NCBI GenBank assembly: GCA_040954595.2
Contig: CM082584.2
Span: 2,759,344-2,823,343 of the forward strand
Source: Balanoglossus misakiensis
Taxonomy: Eukaryota; Animalia; Hemichordata
Direction: 5' to 3'
DNA: 64,000 nucleotides
Of this stretch, positions 27,610 to 40,700 are shown in pieces (position 1 is the stretch's first letter; the number at the start of each line of letters is the position of its first letter). The notes under the pieces are model-generated. The model saw nothing but the letters and a program-made list of their open reading frames with translations. It was not told the origin of the DNA and ran no database searches. The position numbers and the translations under genes are program-made.

Positions 27610-29165
27610 AGTGTAAAGTAGGTCAAAGGTCACCCAGAGGTCACCCACAATTTGGGCAGAAAATTTTGACCCATAGTGTTCCATGTCCAACAAAAACCAG
27701 ACCTCTAGCCCTTTTGGTTAGCCCGGAATTACGTATGCACATAAATAATGAGTAAAGCAGGTGTCACAGGTGACCCAAAACTTTTGCTTTTCATTATGGC
27801 CCAATACCTCCAAACGCCAAGGCTGTATCTGCTGTGGATGTCGAGATATGCAAAAGTAGGTCAAAGGTCATCTGAGGTCACCCAAAATTTGGGCAGAAAA
27901 TTTTGACCAATAGTGGTCCATGTCCAACAAAAACCAGACCTCTAGCCCTTTTGGTTAGCCCGGAATTAGTTATGCACATAAATAATGCGTAAAGCAGGTG
28001 TCACAGGTGACCCAAAACTTTGGCTTTTCATTATGGCCCCATACCTCCAAATGCCAAGGCTGTACCTGCTTTGGATGCCGATATATGCAAAAGTAGGTCA
28101 AAGGTCATCTGAGGTCATCCAAAGTTTGGGCAGAATATTTTGACCCATAGTGGTCCATGTCCAACAAAAACCAGACATCTAGCCCTTTTGGTTAGCCCGG
28201 AATTTGGTATGCACATAAATAATGAGTAAAGCAGGTGTCACAGGTGACCCAAAACTTTGGCTTTTCATTATGGCCCCATACCTCCAAACGCCAAGGCTGT
28301 ATCTGGTGTGGATGTCGAGATATGCAAAAGTAGGTCAAAGGTCACCTGAGGTCACCCAACATTTGGGCAGAAAATTTTGACCCATAGTGGTCCATGTCCA
28401 ACAAAAACCAGACCTCTAGCCATTTTGGTTAGCCCGGAATTAGGTATGCACATAAATAATGAGTAAAGCAGGTGTCACAGGTGACCCAAAACTTTGGCTT
28501 TTCATTATGGCCCCATACCTCCAAACGCCAAGGCTGTATCTGGTGTAGTCTCGGTTACCCAGACGCCTTTGCTTCTTCCGATGCTCTCCAGAAAAGGGTC
28601 TGGGGAAATGCTATTGAAAGCTTTGTAAAACAAAATGGCCGATGTCAGGATTTTGATCATCGCCTGATTGGCTGAGCTGTCTGTATGACCCGGGTCACTG
28701 CAATAGTTTTGACAATCGTCTACCAAAGATATTTCATATAACTTCTCCAACAATGCTAACAGAGGACGCCTTTTGCCTTTCGCATGAACCAACAAGTACC
28801 GGTCTCTTGATATGAAGATACGACAAATAATCACACATTGTCGAGAGTCAGTGACCCGGGTCATACTGACAGCTCAGCCAATCAGGCGATGATCAAAATC
28901 CTGACATCGGCCATTTTGTTTTACAAAGCTTTCAATAGCATTTCCCCAGACCCTTTTCTGGAGAGCATCGGAAGAAGCAAAGGCGTCTGGGTAACCGAGA
29001 CTATATCTGGTGTGGATGTCGAGATATGCAAAAGTAGGTCAAAGGTCACCCGAGGTCACCCAACATTTGGGCAAAATATTTTGACCCCATACTGGTCCAT
29101 GTATAACAAAAACAAAACCTCTAGGTCTATTGGTTCATCTGTAATTAGGTATATGCATATTTAAT
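27610..29165. repeat. ~238-bp tandem repeat inside the outer HINE (about 4.5 units)
   Basis: AAGTAGGTCAAAGGTCA recurs at ~238-bp intervals; one unit is split by the 28546 MITE. Confidence 0.9.
28546..29003. mobile_element. MITE with ~155-bp TIRs, TAG...CTA ends and a 9-bp TSD (AcademH-like)
   Basis: TSD TATCTGGTG at 28537-28545 and 29004-29012. The empty site is visible in the neighbouring 238-bp unit. TIRs are almost perfect. The family label is inferred from the termini and TSD length. Confidence 0.85.
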
Positions 29166-29810
29166 GAGGTCAGTAGAGGTCAAAGGGGTCATGAAAAGTA
29201 GCAAAATTTTTTGATCACATACAAATCCACATACATCAAAAACCAAACTTATAGCCCTATTGGTTAGCCTGGAATTAGATATGCAGAAAAATGATGCGTC
29301 AAAAGTAGGTCAAAGGTCATTGCCAAAATTACCAAAATATTTATAGGTTATTCTTGTCATATGATGATTCATATCCATAAAAAGAATTTCTGTGCTATCA
29401 ATTTTTAGGCTAGAAAAGGAATTTTTACTTTTTAATCGTTTTTCACAAAATCCAATATGGCCGCCATAATCTTCGACCAATCACATTCCCCTTCGCAAAC
29501 TTGATAGACATCTGTTTAATGACCACACACACCAAATCTTGTGACTCGGTTATCGCCCGTTCTGGAGAAGAAGATTTTTGAAGTTTTACTATGGTTTTTC
29601 GAAAATCCAATATGGCCGCCATAATCTTCGACCAATCACAATGATCTTCGCAAACTTGATAGACATCAGTTAGGTGACCACATACCCCAAACGGCGTGAC
29701 TCGGTTATCGCCGGTTCTGGAGAAGAAGATTTTTGAAATTTTGACCAGATTTCAGAAAAACAACTGTAGCAAAAAAACTGCAACATTGACAGCAAAATAT
29801 CAAATTACAA

Positions 29811-31291
29811 TTAAAGCTGCAAGCAGCATTGTCGGGCCCAAGCGCTGATCTTGAATTATATATGCACAGTATGAATGAGAAGAAACATAATTTTCTATCG
29901 GGTGTATTATCTCATGACATAACAAGGGCGTATGTATTTTTGCTGCTGAAATAGGGTAAAGTAGGTCAAAGGTCACCTGAGGTCATCCAACATTTGGGCA
30001 AAATATTTTGACCCATGCTGGGCCATGTCCAACAAAAACCAAAACTCTAGCTCTATTGGTTCGCGTGTAATTAGGTATGTGCATATTTAATGAGGTCAGC
30101 AGGTGTCACAGGTGAGCCAAAAATTTGGCTTTACATTTAGGTCCCATCCTGCCAAGTGCCATGGCTGTATCTGCTCTGGATGCTGAGATATGCGAAAGTA
30201 GGTCAAAGGTCACCAGAGGTCACCCAAAATTTGGGCAAAAATTTTGATCCCATACTGGTCCATGTCCAACAAAAATCAAACCTCTAGCTCTATTGGTTCG
30301 CCTGAAATTAGCTATGCACATAATTAATGAGGTCAGCAGAGGTCAAAGGGGTCATGAAAAGTAGCAAAATATTTTGATCACACACTAATCCACAGTCATC
30401 AAAAACCAAACCTCTAGCCCTATAGGTTAGCCTGGAATTAGATATGCAGAAATAATAACGCATGATAAGTAGGTCAAAGGTCATGTGAAAAATCACCAAA
30501 AAATTGTAGCATATTTTAGTCACATGACGACTGATATCCATAAAAAGAATTTGTATGCTATCAATTTTTAGACTAGAAAAAGGAATTTCAATTTTTCACT
30601 GCTTTTTACAAAATCCAATATGGCCGCCATAATCTTCGACCAATCACAATGCTCTTTGCAAACTTGATAGACATCAGTGTAGTGACCATACTCCCCGAAT
30701 CTTGCGACTCAGTCATCGGTCGTTCTGGAGAAGAAGATTTTTGCAGTTTTACTATGGTTTTTCGAAAATCCAATATGGCCGCCATAATCTTCGACCAATC
30801 ACAATGATCTTCGCAAACTTGATAGACATCAGTTAGGTGACCACATACCCCAAACCCCGTGTCTCGGTTATCACTGGTTCTGGAGAAGAAGATTTTTGAA
30901 ATTTAAGCCAGATTTGAGAAAAACAACTGTAGCAAAAAAACTGCAACATTGACAGCAAAATTTCCAATTACACAAATGATGGGTAGAAGGTAGTCTACCT
31001 GCATGCCAAATTTGAAGTCGATCTGACTTGTAGTTTCTGAGATCTGAGATTTGATTTTTTTCAGAAAATCCAATATGGCCGCCAGGTCACGTGACTAATT
31101 AAGTATTCACAAGTCACTGCACATCTACTCATTGACCTTGACCACTGTAGCAAGTTTGAGAAGTGTACCTGCAGCGGTGTCTGAGATCTCGTTGCCCAAA
31201 GAATTGACACAAGAATAAAGAAAGAAAGAAAGAAAGAAAAATTCCAACGAAACCAATAGGGCCCAAGCGCTTGCGTGCGCTTGGGCCCTAA
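29811..31291 (-). mobile_element. Inner HINE copy nested in the outer HINE of the same family
   Basis: Same end structures (TTAAAGCTGCAAGCAGCATTGTCGGGCCCAAGC ... TAGGGCCCAAGCGC-GCGCTTGGGCCCTA). It splits the outer copy at CAAATTACAA|AAATGATGGG. Confidence 0.8.
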
Positions 31292-34056
31292 AAATGATGG
31301 GCAGAGGGTATACTACCAGCACGCCAAATCTGAACTCGATCTGACTTGTAGTTTCTGAGATCTGAGATTTGCATTTTTTCAGAAAATCCAATATGGCCGC
31401 CATGTCACGTGACTAATTAAGTATTCACAAGTCACTGCACATCTACTCATTGACCTTGACCACTGTAGCAAGTTTGAGAACTGTACCTGCAGCGGTGTCT
31501 GAGATCTAGAGCGCGAAAGAAGTGAACCAAGAATAAAGAAAGAAAGAAAGAAAGAAAGAAAGAAAAACCCCAACGAAACCAATACGGGCCCAAGCCTGGC
31601 TTGGCTTGGGCCCGTAAAAATCAGGAACAAACCCTTTCACAATGTCGAAATTGGGAAGCAACATACACACACTGGGTCCCTTCACACCCAATATTGGTCG
31701 GTCTCTTTCAACCGCCTGCCTACAACAATCCTCATACTGATCGTTATTCCTCAACTCAGGATGAGGAAGATCCTGTACACTATATACACGTGCATGACCA
31801 TTGCCCTTTGCTATGTATTCCCCTGGGTGCAGGCACCAGTCACATCCATACTGCCCATTATACTGTTTGCAATTGCGCATCAAAGGCCTGGCAGCTGAAT
31901 CAGAAGAACACAATAACACATGGACACATGTTGTGATTATCTCACCAGAACTTTGATTTCTCCAGGTAAAACCATCATTACCCAATTTCACACATTCTTC
32001 AACAAATGGTGCCAAAAAACAATCCATCTGTGGTTTGGATTGACCAAACCATAGGCCAGGCATGAGAATATTTTGTTTTTGACATTTTGGAGTCAGTTCT
32101 GTCACTACACACTGAATGGGCCATATTGAGAAACCAGAGGACTTAAAGGCAGGGACCCCATCACAATTCCAGAGAAGGGTTAAGTCATTATCTCTTGTGA
32201 TACCATTTTCAAGGAGATCTTGATAAATGGAGCCATCCAATAAAGTTGAAACTGACAATTCACTATTAATATTCTGATTTTCTAATAAATCTACAAGTTG
32301 GTCCTTGATTGGCATTACAATGAAAAAATTGTTATTTGCTACAGATATTTGCTCACTGAAAGGCTCATTACAGCTACCACAAGTGGTGTCAGTTTGAATT
32401 TCGCCCTCGGCACCAAGATATGCCATACAACTACAGCAATAGAAGTGCTTCTTACACGACACAGCTGTCTCAGCAAAACAGTTCTTAAAAAAGTATGGTG
32501 TTGCTGGTACAGTTTCTGGTGCTATCAGGTTAATGACGTGCAACAAGTCTTTGAGAGCATCTTTCGTAAGTCGGTGTCTGAGGACAAAAGCCTGGAGAAG
32601 TAGACAAAGCTGTTCTGTTGTGACATTCATCTCTCCAGTTCCTTCTTCAGCTCCCTGAGAATTAGAAAAATAGTAGTACATTTAGAAAAATAGGACAACC
32701 AGAAATAACATGAACAATGCAATGGTCACACTCACAGGACTGACACATTTAATTGTGATTTGACATTTGTGAAAACAGGTTCTGATCTCTTATGCATTGA
32801 TCACCAGATTTTGAAAACAGGGGTCATGCTCTAAATAATAGGCCTCCTTGAGAATTAAAATAAATGCATTCACAACCATAGAGACACTAGCTTTCATACT
32901 TGTATTTTATAATAACGATGTGTATTAAGTTGCATTAACATATAAAACAGATTGATTAGTGGAATACTAAACGATGTTGTAATAGCTAAACAAATAAAAA
33001 AAATTTAAATTTCCGATGATCAAAAGTTGGTCACATTGCTAAAAGAATAGAGACATTTTGGTGTGTATCACTGTCATGTTTCTGTCAAGGAATCAATGTG
33101 TATATTGCACCATGTCCACTTTTTCAAGTTGTAAATGCACACCCTTCAGTAAGTACACTTACTTTGAAAGTAAATCATCAAAATAATGTAAAAAGTCATA
33201 GATCATAAGTGATTAAGGTAAGTTACCGCACAAAATTCAAATTGGCAACCATAAAATTTTTAAAGTCAAAAGCAGAACCTACCAATTCATCACCACTTTC
33301 TCCTGTGCCCGTCCCATTAGTGTTTTCGTTTGATATGCGTGTGTGTATAATTTCTTCACTTTCTTCAATCTCTCCACTTCCGTCACTCAGTAAGTTGACA
33401 TGTGACGTTTCCTGAGCTGGTACTTGGTCATCTATGATGAATGATGTCTGATCATCTGATGTTTCGTCGGCTGATAAATAGTCATCTGTGTCTGGTTCTG
33501 TAGTGCTGTATTCATCAATGTCTGTATCTCTGTGAGAGAAAGTTAGTCCACTTCGATAACTGTCATGAGAGGCGTTACCATCATATAAATATTCATCATT
33601 GCCACTTTCAGATTGGTAGTCACTATTTACAGAACAACTGTCAGTGTCGATGGCGATATCATCAGTCTGAAAGATATGAATAGAATGTGGTTAAGATATG
33701 TATTTCAGTATAGCGGGACTACATAATGCATATTACATCATTTGATTCTAAATCTCAGAGGAAAGTGCTAATGCTTTAATAGTTCTTATAAAGAAAAGTA
33801 GGCTGGTGTCAGTAATGACCTGTTTTTTTTGTTTTTTTCCCTCAATATTCGTAGTACTAAATTATTTTTCAATTAAAAAAATACTGCATCGGCATAAATG
33901 CTGCTATATTTAGACAAAGAGTTGGAGATGTACAAGCTAGCCTTTTGGACTTTAATAAAACCAAAAAGAACAGAAATAAAATGCATACACTACCTATGAC
34001 ACCCTATAATTATAACAATCACCGAGAAATGACAGACAATGCCAGTTTTCGCCCGG

Positions 34057-34177
34057 CGCTTGCTGCAGTTCCGTAGCCAGCAACTTTCCTCGATGTGTGT
34101 GTTACGGAAGGGGCACCTTTCCGTAACACACACATCGAGGAATGTTGCAGGCTACGGAACTGCAGCTGCAGCAAGCG
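34057..34177. repeat. ~120-bp near-perfect palindrome in intron 1 of the CMC transposase
   Basis: Arms CTGCAGTTCCGTAGCC...TTACGGAAG / CTTTCCGTAA...GGCTACGGAACTGCAG around a very short loop. Confidence 0.9.
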
Positions 34178-34330
34178 CGGCCCATACTTCAGGCCGTGGT
34201 AAAAAAGAGCTACACTTACCTCTAAACCATGTTTATCGCGAATTCGCCGTCTTAACAAGGTTCTCTTTGGAATACTGACTTCGGTATCATTTAGGTAACG
34301 CTTGTATGGACCGCGCACGACCCTCGACAT

Positions 34331-34769
34331 GTCTCTTCCGCGACGAACAGCGATCTGATGATCTAGTGAATCAACTGTGCAAGCGTCGGTGACTGCGGTG
34401 CATGCTGGGTGATAGATATGGCATCATCTCAAGTACAAATTTTAACGTTCCGATCGATCTGTGGTACTACTTTAAGGTGAATTTTGGCGTTTCAAAATAA
34501 AGTGAATGATATCTTAACGTGTTTTTTTTTCAAATAACATCTCAGCTCTAAGAAATGCTGTATTTTAAAATCACATGACCTACTGCATGACCTTTGACTC
34601 TTCTCATAAACGCCCGCATTTCTTACCCAGCATGCATCGAGGTAAATAAATAGTCGGCGAACTCCTGACCTTTTACAGCTGATTCAGTAACCACCGAAGA
34701 CACACTACGCGTCACTCGCTACCAGCTCCGCTTAAGATTTCGCTATTTACGAACGTCGATCTAGTCACC
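34331..34769. promoter_or_regulatory. Bidirectional promoter region between the transposase and BEN genes, with two outward-facing CCCAGCATGCA motifs
   Basis: Head-to-head ATGs are 439 bp apart. The motif lies at ~34399-34411 (minus) and ~34624-34637 (plus) and resembles the Staf/ZNF143 site. Confidence 0.55.
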
Positions 34770-37700
34770 ATGAAGTACGCTTTATTTGATTTTTACGAAG
34801 AAAAGAGTGTTGAAGTTGGTGAGACGAATTGGATAGAAGATCTCGATGAAGACGACGTTATGAGTTTTGACTTCGACGAAGATTGTGCTGTCCAGTGGTC
34901 ATCAAAGAAGGCAGGAAGAGATCCGGCGAGATATGTAGCAAAAGTTATCAAGTTTAGCGGTAAGAATTGTTTGGATTTTTTCAAAACTCAAAAAAAACGT
35001 GTCAGGTAGAAACATTTCCCAATGTTGAAGACGTTCATTGTAGAAAGTTACCTTTATCTCGATCCCAGGGTCTTGGGCTCCCTTGAACCAAACACAGCTT
35101 GTTTACTTCCTGTTCATTGTTATACTATTTGCATAACAAAACGAGTTGCCAGGAAAGCCAGCAACCCCTTTGTTTTACTTTGTGACACAATTTTTTTACG
35201 TGGTTTGTGTTGTGCATTTTTGATCGTCAGCAAAAGTTTCTCATTCAGTTGTGTGTGTGTGTGTTTTTCACAACCAGGTCATAATGTTTATCTTTACAGA
35301 TGACAGGCAGGAGCTGTTGCGACTAGCCAACGTCTATGTCAAAAAAGGGGTGAACACAAACATTAAGACTCCAGAATATGGACGGGGGAAACGTGAAAAG
35401 GCACCAAAGAGAATCTACACCGACAGCGAAGATGATGAAGATGATTATGTACCGGTAAGTTGATATTTAACTACCATGTGGCTGATGCAGAATTCAATAT
35501 GATTTATCTAGGTACAGATGATATTAATTTATCGTTGTCAATATAAACACCCATTTTCAAAACTCCATGCCAAGTGTTCAGAAGTATCTCACAATAATCA
35601 TTTCATTTCTTTTTTAGGAAAAAAATAACTTGAATAAAAAAAAGAAGATCAGCCAAAAGAATTCGTCTTTAAATTTGCTGAGAAAGTTAGAAAGCAAGAA
35701 GACATCTGAAGTTCGTAAAAAAATGGAGGAGGATGTCCAGTCACTTAAGTCTGTAAGTACTGGCAATGTCATACGCCACAATTTCTGCCCCTGAAGCATA
35801 TACTTTTACTTCCAAACTTGCACAAAAGCTAAAATAATGCTGACGTATAAGAGAGTGTTGTGAGCTTGTGTGGCTTAATTATGAAACAGGGATTGCACTA
35901 GTGTTTGCTCAGAATGAGTCCCTGTCACATGAAATTAAAGACAGGAAATTAAAATTTTTGTATTTATGTGAGAGATGGGACCCCTCTGTGTAAAAAGTAA
36001 GAGTCCCCCTGAAAAGTTCGGGAAGCAAAATATGGGGTTAACGCAACCCCTGCAAAATGTATCTTTAAAATGTGAGCAAAGTTATGCAATTATTGAAACT
36101 AATAATATTTCCATCAAAAAGTGACTGCAGTTCAGTGCTGTTGATGGGTAAATATCACAAGCATGTTGAAATCCATGTATGAACTGTGTTGTTATTGTTG
36201 ACAACTGTGATTTTTAGTCTATTTCATTAATGTTCCTCTGCATTCTAGAGTTCATTCCGTGCTTCAACACCAGTGTCCAGTGGCTCAGAAGGCTATGATG
36301 AGGACAAGCTACACCAAGAAATAAGGGAATTGAAGGAGGAAAATGCTGCACTACGCTATTCTCTTCGAGTGTTAAAAGGTAAAAGAATATTGATACACGC
36401 ATTGAATAAAGTCAGTGGATTGTTTTAGTTCTTGTATATTTTTAATGCAATGAGTAGGTTTTAGCTGAATCAAATGATTTTGTCAGTGTTTTTTTTGTTT
36501 TATTTTTAGAAATATCAAAAGTCAACAGCCAAAATATGCCACAGAATGACTGTTTTTGAAAATACTCATGAATATCACAAAAGAACATCATTTTCGGCAT
36601 TTTTTTGACGAGAAATTGAAGTATCAAGGACTCCATATATGTTTTGAAATACAAAGTAAAATGTTACCATAATTAATTTATAAATGAAAAACATTTAATT
36701 TATTCACTTGTACATGATGACTAAGCTGGGCAAGCTGTAACTTACCTTTTTCAGCACCAATGAAAGCCTTCATTTGTGACCAGCTTTCTCAAACTATGTG
36801 TTTTGTAGTTACTTGACAATAGTTTGATAATGCTGGTCAGTATGTAAACATCTCAGTTCACCACAATTAAAATAATTTTGTTTATGGATGATGGTCCACT
36901 GTCTTATTGGTTAACAATATTTTTTTGCCAGGATTGTCTCTTTTTTATTCCTTTTCCTATGAACTATTGGAGTTAAATCAATGAACATATGTCCTATACC
37001 TCTATTTTCTAATCTTTTCAAATGGTATAGAGTTACCTGGCCTGCTTGGACAAATTGCTGATGTAAAAAGAACATTTGGTGTAAAGACTGGTGCACCTGC
37101 AGTCTCAAAGACAAATAAATCCAGTGGAACACATGATGCCCAATTGAACAGTGAAGAGGTAACTGTTGACATCTATTTCAATTTATCATGAATGTCTGAT
37201 TTCAGGAATCTGCATAGACATAGTCATAGTCATTCAAATAATACTTCTGCTTCTTAGGTTCAACCATATGGCCTAAGTAAGAAAATTCTTTGTTCTGCAT
37301 GTGTATGTTTTGCGAGATTTCATGAAAAAAACTTTTCTGCCTGCAAATTTTTGTATACATGCTTTGGGAAATGTGATTGGAACACCTGCATGCTTGCAGA
37401 ATGTCACATTTGAGTGCAACTTAACAGGGTGAAAAATTAGTTTCTGCTGAGATTCTTGATAAGGTGCTTGTATTACATGGAAACTATCGAGTAAATATTA
37501 AATTTACCTGTTAAAAATTTCTGTGTTTCTGAACTTGTGCACTTACCTATCAAAATCTGAGTAGATGCAAAACAAAGAATTTAATTATTTTGGTCATAAA
37601 GTTTTTGTTTATTTATCTGCAGACCTGATGATTGCAACTCTGTTTAGAACAGATCATGGCTCTGCAACTTTACTTCCATGGAAAATGTGGTTGTATTGTT

Positions 37701-40700
37701 AGAGCTGTTGATTTCATAGAAAATAGAAAGTATTGTAAGAACTCTGTGATAGAGTTTTTACTGTACTTTCTATTTTATCAGGTTTTCTATGACAGAAATC
37801 ATATTTATTTTGTGTCTGCCTCTAGTGTTACCAATTATTTTGGTCTTTTTCAGATTTTGGTCAATGATGAGATGATAGTAACTGCCAAGCAGCTGAGCCG
37901 CGTTGACAAATCAACAGCGAAGAAAATGACGTATGATTTGATGGCAGTGGTGTTTGATAGGGAAACACTCAGGACTCATTCGTATAGTGGCAGAGTGTGC
38001 AACTCAGTCAAGGGTTCTTTACCCAAACCAGCGCTGGATGCCGACAAAATAAGAGCCATTAAAGGTATGTAGGTATTAAGTTACTTATCATCTCCAATTA
38101 TTAATTTGCTATTTTAGGTCATAGGAATACACAAAGATATATTGGCATTTTGTATATTTGGAGTGATCAGTGATGTATACCTCTTTAAGATGGGTCCCTA
38201 GGATCTTTTTGCTCGTTGCTATGGGCCTTTATAGGACATTACACCCCGATTTGGACTAAGCCGTTTTCAGAGTCTAACAAGGGGCTGGTAACTAGTTAAA
38301 AATACGCACGATTGTGAGCACACCCCCTGTCCGAGTATGGTTACGGCGGCTACCGCCCGGCCATAGGTCACCACGCTAATATACGGCAAAGCAGCGGTCA
38401 GCGATAATATTTGCATAACAACGCCCGCTCCGAGAGTTTGATAATAACGTGAATCGCGAGAATATCACTGTACGCATGCGTCTAGAAATGTAAACATAAC
38501 CTCTGATGACCTTGCGCGATTACGCAATTTGCCGGCACTTACGGAAAAAAATATTTTTTTTTAAGAATTATTAAAAATTTCATGTGTCATGCCTCGCAAA
38601 AGGAAGAGACAATTTTTAGCAGCTGTTGCAAACGAAAAGCGTTGGTGTAGACTACCTTCTCAAGAGGATCCCGACATCGATAGGCTGGCATCGGAAAACG
38701 GTAAGTTAGTACGGTGTTCATATTTCATATTAACCTGTATGGGATTGGGTCGAAGTATTTTCTGTTGACCGCTTATTAACCGTGGCATGTACAAACATAT
38801 TTTTTGTAATCAAATGGGAAACTTTCGCTACATAAATAGGTGGTAATAAAGAAACAAATGATTTTTGCAGTGATCGACCCTTTTCTTTCGTGACAATACT
38901 GACATACACGCCCGGCATACACGTAAATTTGACGAGGCAACAAATGTGTACTACTGTCTCATGTTGATGCACCAGGCGCCTTCGCAGCAAATACTAGTAT
39001 TCAGTTTCATTAATACCAAATTCGCGGATGCACTGAAATCACAACCGAGGCGCCGCGTGTTCAAATAATAATCGAGAATTGTCGTACAACATGAAACACG
39101 GCCGCGGGTACTGACGCTCGACAGGCGGACGAACATGCCAGCTACGAGTGTTGGCTGTGCCGTTCACCCGTTTCGCGTCAATCACGGTCGGCTCCACGTC
39201 TGTATTGTGCGTAGGCGCCAATAGGTGCAGACATGTAGTCCTGCATTTCATGGCCTCCACCAAAATATTGTACACGTACGCCAGGCAAGTGGCAATCAAT
39301 GTTGACAAGGGCTGAATTATACTCGCGATGGGGGCGCTCTTGTATTGACCGGGGGGGGGGGGGGGGGGGGGAGGGGTCAGTGGCATATTATTTGCATGTT
39401 TTATGCTATTAGGTACCAATCACATACTAGTAATAATTTCCTAATTTTTCTACAGCTCTGGTGCCAGATCAAGAGTTCTGGAATGCAATTAACCTTCCAC
39501 AAGCACCTAATCTGCCTTCACACCCTCTGCAAAACTGTAGTTTGCCAAATGATTTTCCCCACTCTTCCGTGCACGAATCAACATCAGTTTCATGTCAAAC
39601 TAAACTTCAAGATTTCATGGAATCAGAAAATTTATCATTTCCCTTTCCACTAATCAGTAAATCCCTCTGTGATTATGTACAACCTAATGATCCACTATTA
39701 TTAACATCTGACAGTATTGAAAAATTAATATCCCAAACAACCTGTGGTCAGTGTCGACTGGGAAGATTACAACAATTACATACCCATAGTCCAAAATTAC
39801 AATTCAAATGTGACATTTGCAATCATCAGATTGATCTTACAGAAAACAAAAAAATACCCTCCATTACAAAACCTAAGAATTGGCTGCCGACGTACACTGT
39901 CATGTCATTCCTTATGTCTGGGCAATATCACAAAGATTACAGTGATGTTATGGATCTGATGGGATTGCCCAAAGTGTGTGGAGGAACTTTCGATAACAAT
40001 ATTAAGTGGATGTTTCCAGCTGTGACAGCACTGTGTGACTGGTCATGTGCGCAAGTGCAGAAGTCCATTATTGAGAGGGGGGATGGACAACAGTGGGATG
40101 CTGTTGCTGACGGATTCTATGGAAGTCGGAGAAATGCAAACAACAGCTCTTTTACTTTACATGATTTAGAATCAGGTAAAATTGCTTTTAGAGCGCATAG
40201 AACCAAGTTGGGTCAGGGCCATAATTGGGAAGGGACTAGTGCTGGGACTGAGGGGAACATGTTTGGGGAAATATGCAGAGGTGTAAAGGAATCAGACATG
40301 GCTATAGGGAGGCTTATAGCGGATAAAGATGCTGCTCTCGCCAACATCTTAGTTGAGGTTTTTCCAGAAGCTGAAGTTATATACTGCAGCAACCATGTTA
40401 AGAAAGCTCTCTTTGCAGAATTGGCAACCTTGTCACATATAAAATGTAAGGTAAGAAAGAAATTAGTAGTGATCATTGTAAATGTACCCTCTTAAAGTTT
40501 GTATTTTTCAATTTCCATCATTTGATAGGCGGACAGTTTGGTTCATTGTTTTTGACACTGCCAGACAATAGATTTCTCAAGGGGAAATGGAAATGGGAGT
40601 TTGACAAAACTACTTATAATTCATGATAATTTTTGAAATTTTCATTTATTGCAAATTCATTTTTTACAATTAACAAAATAACGATTTGTTCTATATAAGA

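Larger units (their letters stand above)
27465..31616 (-). mobile_element. Helentron-associated non-autonomous element (HINE/DINE-1-like), outer copy
   Basis: Inserted in a T-run with no clear TSD. One end has the hairpin ACGGGCCCAAGCC...GGCTTGGGCCCGT next to (AAAG)n. The other end has the subterminal GGGCCCAAGC and the small hairpin GCTGCAAGCAGC. Internal tandem repeats are present. Confidence 0.8.
26286..34330 (-). pseudogene. CMC/EnSpm DDE transposase (~903 aa reconstructed). Exons 34330-34220, 33666-33283 and 32654-26286; the last exon is interrupted by an insertion at 27465-31616
   Basis: Motifs WNCDGVPAFKSS..SIWP, SSDSAARP, NGQYGCDWC, VPDF|LHCVLLGV, WKGSEWRAFLLFY, FNMHILLHL and FVFESHNG. 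Removing the insert restores the frame exactly. Confidence 0.93.
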
